In this document: positions 19,083 through 28,710 of the stretch, piece after piece
Layout of the letters: the number at the start of each line of letters is the position of its first letter
Numbering within the stretch: position 1 is the stretch's first letter
DNA from: Candidatus Chisholmbacteria bacterium
Lineage (GTDB): Bacteria; Patescibacteriota; Microgenomatia; UBA1400; Chisholmbacteraceae
Assembly: GCA_963704905.1 (NCBI GenBank)
Contig: CAVPHZ010000001.1
Coordinates: 707,438 to 771,437, forward strand
Reading direction: 5' to 3'
DNA length: 64,000 nucleotides
Made by a program: the position numbers and the translations under genes
The notes under the pieces: generated by a model
What the model saw: the letters and a program-made list of their open reading frames with translations, nothing else
Database searches by the model: none
Told to the model about the DNA's origin: nothing

Positions 19083-20064
19083 CTCTTCAGTAAGCAGTTC
19101 ACGCTCTGGTAATTGCTCAAATTTTTCCTAATAGATATTACGTTGACATGATCTCTGTCAACATGTTCCGTTAGTTTTCCTTTGTTTTCCACACGAGCAC
19201 ATATGTTATCCACAATCGTTCTAAAGTTCAATTCGTGTTGAGAATATAGTTCAATAGTAATTGCTACAGGTCTTGTATTTTTCACGGAATATTTCTTTAT
19301 AGGATTGACAGTAGTTGACAATTATGCTAATCTTTGGTCAATGAAGAAAGCAACCCGCGCATTTTCTAAGATGTTGCGTTTAATGCAACGAAAGAGGGAT
19401 CGAGTGAATCGTAGAAATAGGAGCAATGTTGAATTTAGTGCACATCAGCTTTCACACATTGCACGTATGCATCAAAAGTTAGTGGTAATGGGGAGGTAAT
19501 TTAACAGATGGTCTTTTTCTTTGTCACGTTACGCTTGGGCAGGCCGTGACGTGACGAAAAAGAAGAGCATTACTACCGCAGCACGGAGGCTCGAATAGCA
19601 ATGCTCTTTCTTTGAGTAACAGCTCGCGTCCGGACAGGTAACGCGAACAGTTGAATTTGACATTAGCATGGTGGTAAACACCTTGTCAACCTTTCGCATT
19701 TTGTTTGTGCGATTCCAGAGGTGAGTGTTTCCTGAGGAAACACGTCTTTTGTACACAAAGAGTACTCAAGCAAAAAAGAACATATACCTCTGAAGATGAA
19801 GATATTTAGCGATGAAAGTGCGAATGTTGCTTACACATTGAATAGTTCGGCATTTCCAGTGGTGGGTGATGTGTAGGGCAGGCGCATCACCCGCCTCTTG
19901 AGCTGGCGAATCATTTAAAGCTAATCAGTACTTGACAGTCACTCGTTTGGCTGTAAGAATACAAGAGATTCAATCCTCTCATTTTTTCTGAGCAGATATA
20001 GGCAAATTTTTTCGAACGCATGACTTACACACTATTTCATTTCTAATTAACCTTTTATTGCACT

Positions 20065-21591
20065 ATGGCAGTACGATCAACTCGATCCAGAGCGCCAAAA
20101 ACCACAATCAGCACAGCAACAAAAACAGAATCTTCGAAGGCAACTGAGGTAGTGAAAAAGCGAACAACAAAGACACCGTCGAAAGTTTCCCCTCAAGTAG
20201 ATCCTCCGGCAAGCGATGTTACAACAAAAGATCTTGTGGGTGATACCCCAAAGGCGGTTGTGATAACTCCGGTTGAGACAGCTACAGAACCCATAAAAGA
20301 AAAGGCAGCACCACTACCTTCTGAAGTAGCAACTCCACCTGTTGACACTCGACCAGGGCGAATTGATGAGAGACAACGATATGGTAGAGGGAGACGCCGG
20401 TTTGATGGCAGGGTTGATGATCGAGTCATCCCTGATGCAGGAGTACCAACCGAGAAAGTCAAAGGGGTTTTGGACTCTAAAAATGAAGGACATGGATTGC
20501 TTCGTCCTTCGTTTCATCCCAGTAATAATGATATCTACATTTCTTCTTCACAAATTCGTCGGTTTGCTCTGCGACCAGGAGACGTTGTGGAGGGTCCGGC
20601 GAGAAAACCTAAAGAGAATGAGCGCTATTGGGGACTGTTGAAAGTTGAGACGGTCAATGGTGAGAAGGTTGCTGATATGCGAGAGCGAGCGCATTTTGAT
20701 CGCCTCACTCCGATATTTCCCGATGAAAAGTTGGTCCTTGAGACTGGAAAGGAGCCATTTTCTACCCGACTTATCGATCTGGTTGCACCAATCGGAAAAG
20801 GGCAGAGAGGACTTATCGTTTCTCCACCGAAAGCAGGAAAGACGACGATTTTAAAAGATATTGCGCTTGGAGTTGCAACCAATTATCCAGACATCCACAT
20901 CATGGGTGTCCTTATCGGTGAACGACCAGAGGAGGTTACCGATATTCGACGACACCTTGAAAGGGTTACCGGTGGAAAGGGAGAGGTGGCTGCAAGTAAC
21001 TTTGATGAACCGGCAGAGCAACAAACTAATATTGCCGAGGTCGCGTTAGAACGTGCCAAACGGCTTGTGGAGATGGGACGTGATGTTGTGATGGTTTTAG
21101 ATTCTATTACCCGTTTAGCGCGAGCATACAATTTGGCCATTCCAACTTCTGGTCGGACGCTTTCAGGAGGGTTTGATCCCGCAGCACTTTATCCACCAAA
21201 GCGTTTCTTTGGTGCGGCGAGGAATTTTGAACCTTTTGAAACCATGGATGGAAAGAAACATGGATCCCTTACAATTTTGGGAACGACATTGGTTGATACT
21301 GGAAGCCGGATGGATGATCTGATCTATGAAGAGTTTAAAGGTACGGGAAATATGGAGCTTCATCTTGATCGGCGTTTAGCAGAGCGGCGCGTGTTCCCTT
21401 CCATTGATGTCCAGCGGTCTGGGACGCGGAAAGAAGAACTGCTGTTTAATAACTCTGAGTATCAGAGCGTTGTGATGATGCGGCGGATGATTGATGTGTT
21501 AAACAAGGACGAACGAGCCGATATTCTTTTGGATCGGATTCGGAATACGAAGAACAATAAAGAGTTTTTGGCTTCACTTAAAGAGGGATAG
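20065..21591 (+). CDS. rho: transcription termination factor Rho with ~130-aa disordered N-terminal insertion
   Basis: SSQIRRFALRPGDVVEG...ERYWGLLKVETVNGEKV (CSD/OB), Walker A PPKAGKTTIL, ...LDSITRLARAYN..., GTGNMELHLDRRLAERRVFPSID. The N-terminus is rich in T/K/P/S/V. Confidence 0.9.
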   Translation: MAVRSTRSRAPKTTISTATKTESSKATEVVKKRTTKTPSKVSPQVDPPASDVTTKDLVGDTPKAVVITPVETATEPIKEKAAPLPSEVATPPVDTRPGRIDERQRYGRGRRRFDGRVDDRVIPDAGVPTEKVKGVLDSKNEGHGLLRPSFHPSNNDIYISSSQIRRFALRPGDVVEGPARKPKENERYWGLLKVETVNGEKVADMRERAHFDRLTPIFPDEKLVLETGKEPFSTRLIDLVAPIGKGQRGLIVSPPKAGKTTILKDIALGVATNYPDIHIMGVLIGERPEEVTDIRRHLERVTGGKGEVAASNFDEPAEQQTNIAEVALERAKRLVEMGRDVVMVLDSITRLARAYNLAIPTSGRTLSGGFDPAALYPPKRFFGAARNFEPFETMDGKKHGSLTILGTTLVDTGSRMDDLIYEEFKGTGNMELHLDRRLAERRVFPSIDVQRSGTRKEELLFNNSEYQSVVMMRRMIDVLNKDERADILLDRIRNTKNNKEFLASLKEG

Positions 21592-21608
21592 GCTTCAGAT
21601 TTCAGGTT

Positions 21609-22943
21609 TCAATGATTACTTTTTAGCCAATTGCAGAGGATTGGAAAATGCCTTCGTGCTTTTGCTTTACTTATTTCTTTCAGGACTTTGAGTCCGTTGG
21701 CCGCAAGGAAGGTGAGTGCCAATATGGTCGGTGTGTAATAGCGATCAAAACCTCTGAAGGTTATTAGTGCATAATGGCTATTTGAAATGAGGATAAGTAT
21801 AAGAAGTAGCAGGAGAATTGTTTTTCGTTGTTTTGAGTGGTTCATTTTGACCTGTATCATATCGATGATTCCGATAGATGACAGTATTGCAAAGACCAGC
21901 GCTAGTAGATGAGAAGACTGCGGTTTAATTAATACCTTCAAGGCTCGTCCAGGCGTTGCATACCATGGTTGTTTTCCGAAGAAGGAATAAAATCTCTCTT
22001 GCTGCACAACGCGCGCATTGAAGAGTAAATAGGTATTTTGTAGTGGTTTGTCTCTGAGTTCCGGTTCAAAAAAGACGAAAAAAATAGAGAAACTGAGTAC
22101 AAACAATGTCAGAAAGATGGCTGAGCTTTTTAGTGTTGGGTAGTCGATTTTTTTTGGTCCCTTCATATATGCAAACAGGTTTATGAGTATGAGTAGTGGT
22201 AGTGGGAGTAGTAATAGATAGCCGCCATTTAATTTGATGCTGGTGGCTGTGGCTGTTAGACCACCTAGTCCAACTGCTGCGAGATGTTGCATAGAACGAG
22301 AGAGCGTTTGAAAACGGGAAAAGAACAGGTACATTCCAATCACTGTGACAACAAGAATAAAAAGTGAGGGGCTATTCATGAGTGCGAGTCGGTACGTTTC
22401 AAAAAATACCGATCTAGTAGATAGGAAGAGTAGAGCTGCTGATGCGATGAGAAAGCTTTTTGTCCAGAGCCCAATGCTGGTACTTATAATGACTATCATG
22501 AGGAAACCAAGGAATGCATAGATTGGTCGTAGCAAACGAATAGCGGTGATCAACTCTGGTGGAATAATATCGTTGATCTGATCAAGGGGTACCCCTTCCG
22601 GAAGTTGGCTGCTTGCAAAACTCCGCAGGAGTTCCTTTGTATTTCCAAAGCTGGTTGCACTTATTCCTTTGTTATCAAGGATAAATCCTGCGAGATACCT
22701 TCCAAACTGTGGTTGGTCGAGCAGCTGAAATTCAGCTGACCACCATGGGTAGGTTTCTACTTCAGGTACGATATGGAATTTTTCCATTTGACCGGATTTA
22801 CGAAAGAAATAGAATTGAGAATTTAGCGTATATGGTACTTCGTCAGGATTTAAGCCAATTCGTTCGATATTATGAAACCAGAAGTTTGCTGTAACGAATA
22901 TTGTGGTAATAAAGATCAATAGCGGTAATGATTTTTGATGCAT
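21609..22943 (-). CDS. GT-C fold membrane glycosyltransferase (GT39-like) paralog
   Basis: 444 aa, many TM segments. LNPDEVPYTL...FYFFRK...HIVPEVETYPWW...PQFGRYLAG parallels the DE...YFDLFF...RWY...PK[IL]GPY pattern of 3685..6448. Confidence 0.65.
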   Translation of the reverse strand: MHQKSLPLLIFITTIFVTANFWFHNIERIGLNPDEVPYTLNSQFYFFRKSGQMEKFHIVPEVETYPWWSAEFQLLDQPQFGRYLAGFILDNKGISATSFGNTKELLRSFASSQLPEGVPLDQINDIIPPELITAIRLLRPIYAFLGFLMIVIISTSIGLWTKSFLIASAALLFLSTRSVFFETYRLALMNSPSLFILVVTVIGMYLFFSRFQTLSRSMQHLAAVGLGGLTATATSIKLNGGYLLLLPLPLLILINLFAYMKGPKKIDYPTLKSSAIFLTLFVLSFSIFFVFFEPELRDKPLQNTYLLFNARVVQQERFYSFFGKQPWYATPGRALKVLIKPQSSHLLALVFAILSSIGIIDMIQVKMNHSKQRKTILLLLLILILISNSHYALITFRGFDRYYTPTILALTFLAANGLKVLKEISKAKARRHFPILCNWLKSNH

Positions 22944-23076
22944 TTGAGGGTTAGTATGACTGTAGCAATATTAAGCTAATAAGACCATGCCTTTCTGATG
23001 ATTTTGGGAGATTATTGCGTTGCATGTGTCGTGGTGATGTGTTACCATCGTTGCGCTTCCCTCAGCAGAGGGGATT

Positions 23077-24180
23077 ATGCACTTTTTGTTCCGACAGGAC
23101 TCATCAGTCTTTGTTTATTCTCAAGCAATTCGTTCATACCTCACGTATCGGTTGGGTGGGGCGTTTTGGTGGTTTGAAGGTGTGAAGAGGGCAGTTGTAT
23201 CTATCTTGTATCGACGACGTGGACGGTATGCTCAGCCATTTGTGCATTCAGCTATGGCAGGGTTAGTTTTTGCTGGTGTGACGTTTGGTCCATTATTCAT
23301 TGCTCAAACTTTTCCTGGTCAGGCGGCAGAATTAAATGAACAACTTCCTTCTGAGGTTGTATTGGGAACTACGTCTGAACTAGCCCGAGGAACCCTGACA
23401 AATATTTCCGAGAAACCTCGGGCAGAGATCCTTGAGTATGAGGTCCAAGGTGGAGATACGGTGTCGACGATTGCGGAGAAGTTTGGTGTGACCATTGATA
23501 CGATTCTTTGGTCAAACGACATGACAGAAACAACCAAAATTAAACCTGGCCAAACGTTGCAGGTACCTCCAGTTACTGGGATTGTTCACACCGTCCGCAA
23601 AGGGGATACCATTTATTCCATCTCGAAAAAATATGATGCTGGTGCGCAGGCAATTGTTGACTATCCGTTTAACACATTTACCAACGATGAGACCTTTGCA
23701 TTGGCAGTTGGTCAGACGATCATCGTTCCTGATGGAGCATTGCCTGATGTGAAACCGGTATCTCCGAGAACGACGTTAGCGAAACTTAAGACGCCGGATG
23801 CCGGTGCGGTTTCGGCTACTGGGAATTTTGTTTGGCCGGCAGCTGGGAATATTTCGCAAGGGTTTGCTTGGTATCATAAAGGAGTTGATATTGCGAATAA
23901 GGCTGGGGGAGCGATATTGGCTGCCGATTCCGGGACAGTTGTATTGGCTGGATGGCCTGATAATCAAGGCTATGCAAATCGAGTGATTCTCGATCACGGA
24001 AATGGATTTCGTACCCTGTATGCGCATATGTCGAAAGTGAGTGTTCAGGCTGGGCAGACGGTGAATCGCGGAGATGTGATTGGGATGATGGGATGTACCG
24101 GTCGTTGTACGGGAACGCATCTTCATTTTGAAATCATTCAAAATGGAGGGCGAGTGAATGCGTTGAGTTATCTTCAGTAA
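23077..24180 (+). CDS. LysM-domain M23 family metallopeptidase (cell-wall hydrolase)
   Basis: Two LysM repeats (GGDTVSTIAEKFGVTIDTILWSND; VRKGDTIYSISKKYDAGAQAIV) and the M23 motifs HKGVDIA...GYANRVILDHGNGFRTLYAHMS...GCTGRCTGTHLHFEI. N-terminal TM; the start could be an internal ATG near 23251. Confidence 0.8.
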   Translation: MHFLFRQDSSVFVYSQAIRSYLTYRLGGAFWWFEGVKRAVVSILYRRRGRYAQPFVHSAMAGLVFAGVTFGPLFIAQTFPGQAAELNEQLPSEVVLGTTSELARGTLTNISEKPRAEILEYEVQGGDTVSTIAEKFGVTIDTILWSNDMTETTKIKPGQTLQVPPVTGIVHTVRKGDTIYSISKKYDAGAQAIVDYPFNTFTNDETFALAVGQTIIVPDGALPDVKPVSPRTTLAKLKTPDAGAVSATGNFVWPAAGNISQGFAWYHKGVDIANKAGGAILAADSGTVVLAGWPDNQGYANRVILDHGNGFRTLYAHMSKVSVQAGQTVNRGDVIGMMGCTGRCTGTHLHFEIIQNGGRVNALSYLQ

Positions 24181-24612
24181 TGTTGTTACTTCTTTACTCA
24201 CATTCTTTCGAAATACTCAGGACAAGCGAAAGAAGTAACTCCTCCGGAGGCGGACAGGCAAGAAAGTGAGCTGCTAAGAATATTTTTCAGGAATGTTTAG
24301 AGCTCATCTATGCAATCTCACTTGCCGAGTTTGACTCGGCAGCGCTACTTTATTGCCGATCTTGTAATGAGAATTAAGTCTATCAACGACATTCAAATCA
24401 CTTTTAGATGCTGGTGGCAGAGATCGCATGCTTAATGAATTCGCTCTTTCATCCTTAATAAAATATTCCTGAGCGAAATTACTCTATACATAATATGTCT
24501 TACTACATACTTGACCAACTTGCTGCGTTACTGGGCTGAGAAAGCAAAGAGACTACAATTTAAAGCAATAATATTAATGTTCAGTGTGTTATGTATTGAT
24601 CTAGTATGAAGA

Positions 24613-24858
24613 TTATTGATCTGTTTTACAAGTGTAGACTTGGCAGCCGTCTGGGTTGGTTGCAAGTGTCCATTTTGAAGCACAAACGTGACCCCGCGGA
24701 ATTTTTGGAATAGTGCAGAACTCAGGGTTATAGGCACGGGAGACAAATTGGGATGGATTGAAGGCTACCCAGGCTACCAGTGGGAGCGTGAGGAGAGTTA
24801 CCAGGATAAAGATAATTGCAATGTATTTGTGCTCAGGGATGTGTTGGTTAAGTTTCAT
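24613..24858 (-). CDS. small Cys-containing membrane-anchored protein (hypothetical)
   Basis: 81 aa with an N-terminal TM helix and 4 Cys in the C-terminal half. No RBS; weak. Confidence 0.3.
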   Translation of the reverse strand: MKLNQHIPEHKYIAIIFILVTLLTLPLVAWVAFNPSQFVSRAYNPEFCTIPKIPRGHVCASKWTLATNPDGCQVYTCKTDQ

Positions 24859-25081
24859 GAGTACTATGAGAGTAGATGATTTCTGCTCAAGATGTCAAGT
24901 AATATCTTCGGTTGGGAAGACGTATCATGTGTTGAATCTTCGTGATGCGTTCACATTCGTTTAAAGAGAGAATATTTGTGTTTGTGGGGGAGCAGAGACG
25001 ATAAGCTAGATTCACGATCGCGAATTCAAGGTTGCGTTTTGAATATTTCTTTTGAGAGAGATCGTAATTTTGGAAGAAGAG

Positions 25082-25255
25082 TTAGTCTTTCTTTTGGTAT
25101 TTGGCGAACTGGCGTTCTTTTGCCTGCTGGCGTGCGCGGCAAATGGTGCAGTAGGTTGGTTTTTGCACGCCTTTTTGCCGGTAAAACTCCTGTTCGCCTT
25201 CGGTCCAGACGAATTCCTGTTTGCAGTCCTGGCAAGTGAGGGTGAGATCTGGCAT
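25082..25255 (-). CDS. small zinc-ribbon protein (CxxC...CxxC), 57 aa
   Basis: Hand-translated: MPDLTLTCQDCKQEFVWTEGEQEFYRQKGVQKPTYCTICRARQQAKERQFAKYQKKD, stop TAA at 25082-25084. Below the 60-aa track cutoff; the + strand ORFs reported here are its antisense. Confidence 0.5.
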   Translation of the reverse strand: MPDLTLTCQDCKQEFVWTEGEQEFYRQKGVQKPTYCTICRARQQAKERQFAKYQKKD

Positions 25256-25315
25256 GGGTGTAGTTTTTAGATGACTGATGACGGATTACAGATAACGAAT
25301 TCAATCTTTTTGATT

Positions 25316-25391
25316 TGGTGGACCGTAGCGGGGTCGAACCGCTGACCTTTTGCATGCCATGCAAACGCTCTACCAACTGAGCTAACGGCCC
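25316..25391 (-). tRNA. tRNA-Ala (anticodon GGC), CCA encoded
   Basis: GGGCCGTTAGCTCAGTTGGTAGAGCGTTTGCATGGCATGCAAAAGGTCAGCGGTTCGACCCCGCTACGGTCCACCA. All four stems pair, the G3:U70 Ala identity pair is present, and the anticodon loop is AT-GGC-AT. Confidence 0.85.
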
Positions 25392-25790
25392 TTCGCAGTT
25401 ACACTGCTCAGGGTAATAAACCCTTCGTCATTTTGTTCCTCAGGATAAACCAATCGTTTTCTTCAATATTATGTTCTCAAGGTAACGAACCTTTAAAGAT
25501 AATCCTTGTTAATTCTCGGGCTTATCGAGAATAGGTTTTTATTTTAACACACGAGTTTGAATTTCCTATACACTCATATTATATATATGAAAGAGTTAAG
25601 TTCATCTCAAAAGTCAGCTGTATTTAAGCGTTTGTTCTTTGCGTGGTTTGTTAGTTCTCTATTCATCATTGGAATTCACTCAGCACATACTGAATATTTG
25701 AACTCTGGACTGAGCTAAGTCATTGCTGTTATTTATTACACGTTGATCTAGATATATATTGGGATACTTTGTTTACTATACATATGGTTA

Positions 25791-26081
25791 TTGTTGAAGC
25801 TAAGATCACTGAAGCAAATATTCACTTCACGGCTTGTATGTTCACTTCTTATCATTGGAATTGATTATGTTGATACTGAATATCGGTTAGTTAAGCCAGC
25901 TCATGCTTTTGATGGGATTTTGTTCATTGCGTTCACCTTTCTGGTACTGACGAATATCGGATTGTTTGTTGTTCTATTATTCAAGTCTTTTCGACATAAG
26001 CTCATCTTTTTCACTAGCTTGTTGCTGGCAATTCTGTTTCTCTGGTATATGGTTGGTCGAATTTCCTGGTTAATTTTGTAG
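25791..26081 (+). CDS. small membrane protein (TTG start), hypothetical
   Basis: 96 aa with 3 TM segments. Its N-terminus (SLLIIGIDYVDTEY) is repeated in a 44-aa ORF at 25587..25721 (SLFIIGIHSAHTEY). Confidence 0.35.
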   Translation: MLKLRSLKQIFTSRLVCSLLIIGIDYVDTEYRLVKPAHAFDGILFIAFTFLVLTNIGLFVVLLFKSFRHKLIFFTSLLLAILFLWYMVGRISWLIL

Positions 26082-26153
26082 CCGTTCAGTTGGAGCGGTT
26101 TTGATCGATATTTCATACTCCATACTTCATTCTCTATACTCTATACTTGATCC

Positions 26154-27326
26154 ATGACTGAGTTGTTGCCGTTTTTTATAATTTTGTTTGCTGGGGTTTT
26201 CTTTTCAGTTGTATTCCGCCGGATCCATGTGCCGTGGGTGGTAGCGTTGATTGTAGGAGGGATTTTGTTGGGACCGCATGGGTTGAATGTGCTGTCTGTG
26301 ACACCAACGGTTGAGTTTATCTCGCAGATTGGGTTGATCTTCCTGATGTTTATGGCTGGGCTGGAGACGCGACTCAGCAGTTTTGCAAAATTTCAAAAAG
26401 GTTTGCTTTGGCTGTCGTTTGTGAATGGATTTGTACCATTTTTAGTGGGGGTGGGCATAGGTTTGCTTTTCGGTTATGGCTGGGTTTCGTCACTTCTGGT
26501 GGGAATCATTTTTGTATCATCATCGATCGCGGTGGTTATTCCATCGCTAGAGTCGTTTGACCTGTTGCATACAAAACTTGGTCAAGCAGTGGTAATGACT
26601 AGCGTAATTCAAGATGTAGCAAGTTTGGTGATGCTTTCTTTCCTACTGCAAAACATCAGACCTATCGCTAATATTTCGTTGGTGGTGTTTTATCCGTTGT
26701 TGATCATTGTGTTGGTGGTTTTTCGTTATGTCTTGCCCAAGATAAGCCGGTTTTTGATTTCATCATTGTCGGGAAGTGGGGATGTATTTCAACAAGACTT
26801 CCGATCGACATTTTTGATTTTGATTGGTACTGTTTTGGCTTTTGAGCTTCTTGGTTTGCATCCGATTATTGCTGGGTTTTTTGCTGGGTTGGTACTGTCA
26901 CAAACGATCAAAAGCAAAATCTTAAAGGTGAAGATTCGGACGATCAGCTATGGCATATTTATTCCTACCTTTTTCCTGATCATCGGTGCAAAAACCGATA
27001 TTGGAGTGTTTAAAGACGTTGTGGGTACCTTGCCAATCATCCTTTCGGTGGTCTTTGGTTCGGTGCTTTCTAAATTGTTAAGTGGATGGGTTGGGGGTCG
27101 TATGGTTGGCTATTCTGGGGATGAGTCGTTGTTGTTTGCTGTGTCGTCAGTGCCGCAGCTCTCGACAACCTTGGCAGTGGCTTTTACAGCACTTTCACTT
27201 GGCTATATTGATCAAAAGTTAATCACTGCTATGGTGGTGTTGTCGGTGGCGACTGTGCTGGTTAGCCCAACGTTGATGGCGCTATTTGAGAGGAGAATCA
27301 AGGGAGCAATAGAGACGAGATCGTGA
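26154..27326 (+). CDS. cation:proton antiporter (CPA1/CPA2 family, Na+/H+ or K+/H+ exchanger)
   Basis: 390 aa with about 11 TM segments and the motifs ...GGILLGPHGLNVL...GLIFLMFMAGLETRL... Confidence 0.85.
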   Translation: MTELLPFFIILFAGVFFSVVFRRIHVPWVVALIVGGILLGPHGLNVLSVTPTVEFISQIGLIFLMFMAGLETRLSSFAKFQKGLLWLSFVNGFVPFLVGVGIGLLFGYGWVSSLLVGIIFVSSSIAVVIPSLESFDLLHTKLGQAVVMTSVIQDVASLVMLSFLLQNIRPIANISLVVFYPLLIIVLVVFRYVLPKISRFLISSLSGSGDVFQQDFRSTFLILIGTVLAFELLGLHPIIAGFFAGLVLSQTIKSKILKVKIRTISYGIFIPTFFLIIGAKTDIGVFKDVVGTLPIILSVVFGSVLSKLLSGWVGGRMVGYSGDESLLFAVSSVPQLSTTLAVAFTALSLGYIDQKLITAMVVLSVATVLVSPTLMALFERRIKGAIETRS

Positions 27327-27455
27327 TGAGGTGGGTTTGGGTGTTATTGGTGGTGTTGTCGGTGGCGATGGTAATAGGGATAAGCGTGGATGATTGGTTG
27401 GTGGTGAAAGTTGGTTAATATTTTGAATGTCCCCTCTGCAAAATTTGTGGACGGG

Positions 27456-27527
27456 AGACCTAGCCGGGGTCGAACCGCTGACCTTTTGCATGCCATGCAA
27501 ACGCTCTACCAACTGAGCTAACGGCCC
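27456..27527 (-). pseudogene. degenerate copy of tRNA-Ala(GGC)
   Basis: The 5' 62 nt (acceptor 5' strand through T-loop) are identical to the gene at 25316..25391. The 3' part carries a 1-nt insertion in the T-stem and changes that abolish acceptor-stem pairing (…CCCCGGCTAGGTCTCCCG). About 25 nt upstream are also similar. Confidence 0.6.
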
Positions 27528-27635
27528 TGTAAAATGAAATATCAAAGAGATTTTACAGGGTAAACCCTTCTTGATTCTGATAAAAACTTTCAGGATATAC
27601 CTCAAAAACTTTCACACTTCTCCTGTGTTCTTTGG

Positions 27636-28325
27636 CTATTTTAGCATACCAGAGGGATCGGTTTTTGCCTTAGGTTTAGGCTTTTTTATATCGAATTTGA
27701 TCTCGTGCATTTCAGCAAAGGTTCCTGGTTTTTCTTTGATGCCGAGGAAGATGTCAGTGATCATTCCCCGGTGAAATGGCCATTCAAACTCTAGATTTTT
27801 TAGGCTGGTAAATGATTCCTTGGCTTTGGCGATGATGAGATAGGGATTGTAATGACTCACGTATGGCCAGCCGAATTCTTTGAGGCTTGCATGTTCAGTG
27901 GGGTCGAGATAGTAGGAGTCATTAAGGTATTTTTGCTTGAAGTACCCTTCCCGTAAGGGATTGAGAATATCGATGATGGAGGTTTGCACCATTTTTAATA
28001 GCTCATGATCCTCGCCCCAGACAATGACAAGCTTGTCGGTATCTTCGGTTTCCATCCAGGTAAAGTCGAACGGTTCGAAATCATGCATGAGCCGGTTTAA
28101 TTTATCAAACGCTTTACTGAAGTTCTTTTTTGGAATGACGCATTCATAGAGACGGGTATATGGTGGGGAAGTGGTCTGGTTGAGCGTGTATTCAACGTGT
28201 TCCCGCTTGGCAATGGTTTGTGAGAATCGTATGGCAGTTTGGGCTTGCTCTTCCGGCAATAGCGAGCCGACACTAAGGATGATGCCATCCTGTGTCATGA
28301 AGTTACCGTCATCATTTAGTTTCAT
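27636..28325 (-). CDS. hypothetical protein
   Basis: 229-aa ORF, K-rich C-terminus (KKPKPKAKTD). No family recognised. Confidence 0.55.
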   Translation of the reverse strand: MKLNDDGNFMTQDGIILSVGSLLPEEQAQTAIRFSQTIAKREHVEYTLNQTTSPPYTRLYECVIPKKNFSKAFDKLNRLMHDFEPFDFTWMETEDTDKLVIVWGEDHELLKMVQTSIIDILNPLREGYFKQKYLNDSYYLDPTEHASLKEFGWPYVSHYNPYLIIAKAKESFTSLKNLEFEWPFHRGMITDIFLGIKEKPGTFAEMHEIKFDIKKPKPKAKTDPSGMLK

Positions 28326-28526
28326 TATCTTGTGTGCACTTTCTTCCTTGACTTGATCATACTCTTTTTATTGATTCCATAGTTCGTTATTTCACTGGGA
28401 TGTGGGGTTCTCCGAAGACTCTTGAGCCTGGAAAAAATGGCTAAAAGGTGAAAGGGGAAGCGCTTAACAGAATTCAATTTGGACGTGGGGGAGGAATCGT
28501 TTGAGATGAATATGAGTGCCTCTTTG

Positions 28527-28597
28527 TGGACTCACCGGGAGTCGAACCCGGAATCTACCCATGCGAAGGGTAAGGTATACCATTTACCTATGAGCCC
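28527..28597 (-). tRNA. tRNA-Ala (anticodon CGC), CCA not encoded
   Basis: GGGCTCATAGGTAAATGGTATACCTTACCCTTCGCATGGGTAGATTCCGGGTTCGACTCCCGGTGAGTCCA. Cloverleaf with G3:U70, anticodon loop TT-CGC-AT, T-arm CCGGG/TTCGACT/CCCGG. Confidence 0.75.
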
Positions 28598-28652
28598 GTA
28601 TAGAGATTCATTTTAGCACAGAAAAAATCTTCTTTACTCGACTTTGTCGAAG

Positions 28653-28684
28653 AAAAAAGACCCGCTTTGATACGGGTCTTTTTC
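28653..28684. terminator. bidirectional intrinsic terminator hairpin
   Basis: aaaaaagacccg-ctttgata-cgggtcttttt: 6-bp GC-rich stem flanked by A6/T5 on both sides, between the tRNA and the end of 28711..30915. Confidence 0.6.
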
Positions 28685-28710
28685 AATTAATCTTTTTTTC
28701 AAGTATTTGA

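Noticed and set aside
18746-19321. 191-aa minus-strand ORF overlapping the 3' third of radA
   Set aside because: It is antisense to a well-supported conserved gene, with no motifs and no RBS.
25026-25376. Track ORFs 25026..25376 and 27282..27605 (both containing AQLVERLHGMQKVSGSTP)
   Set aside because: They are translations straight through the tRNA-Ala gene and its degenerate copy on the minus strand.
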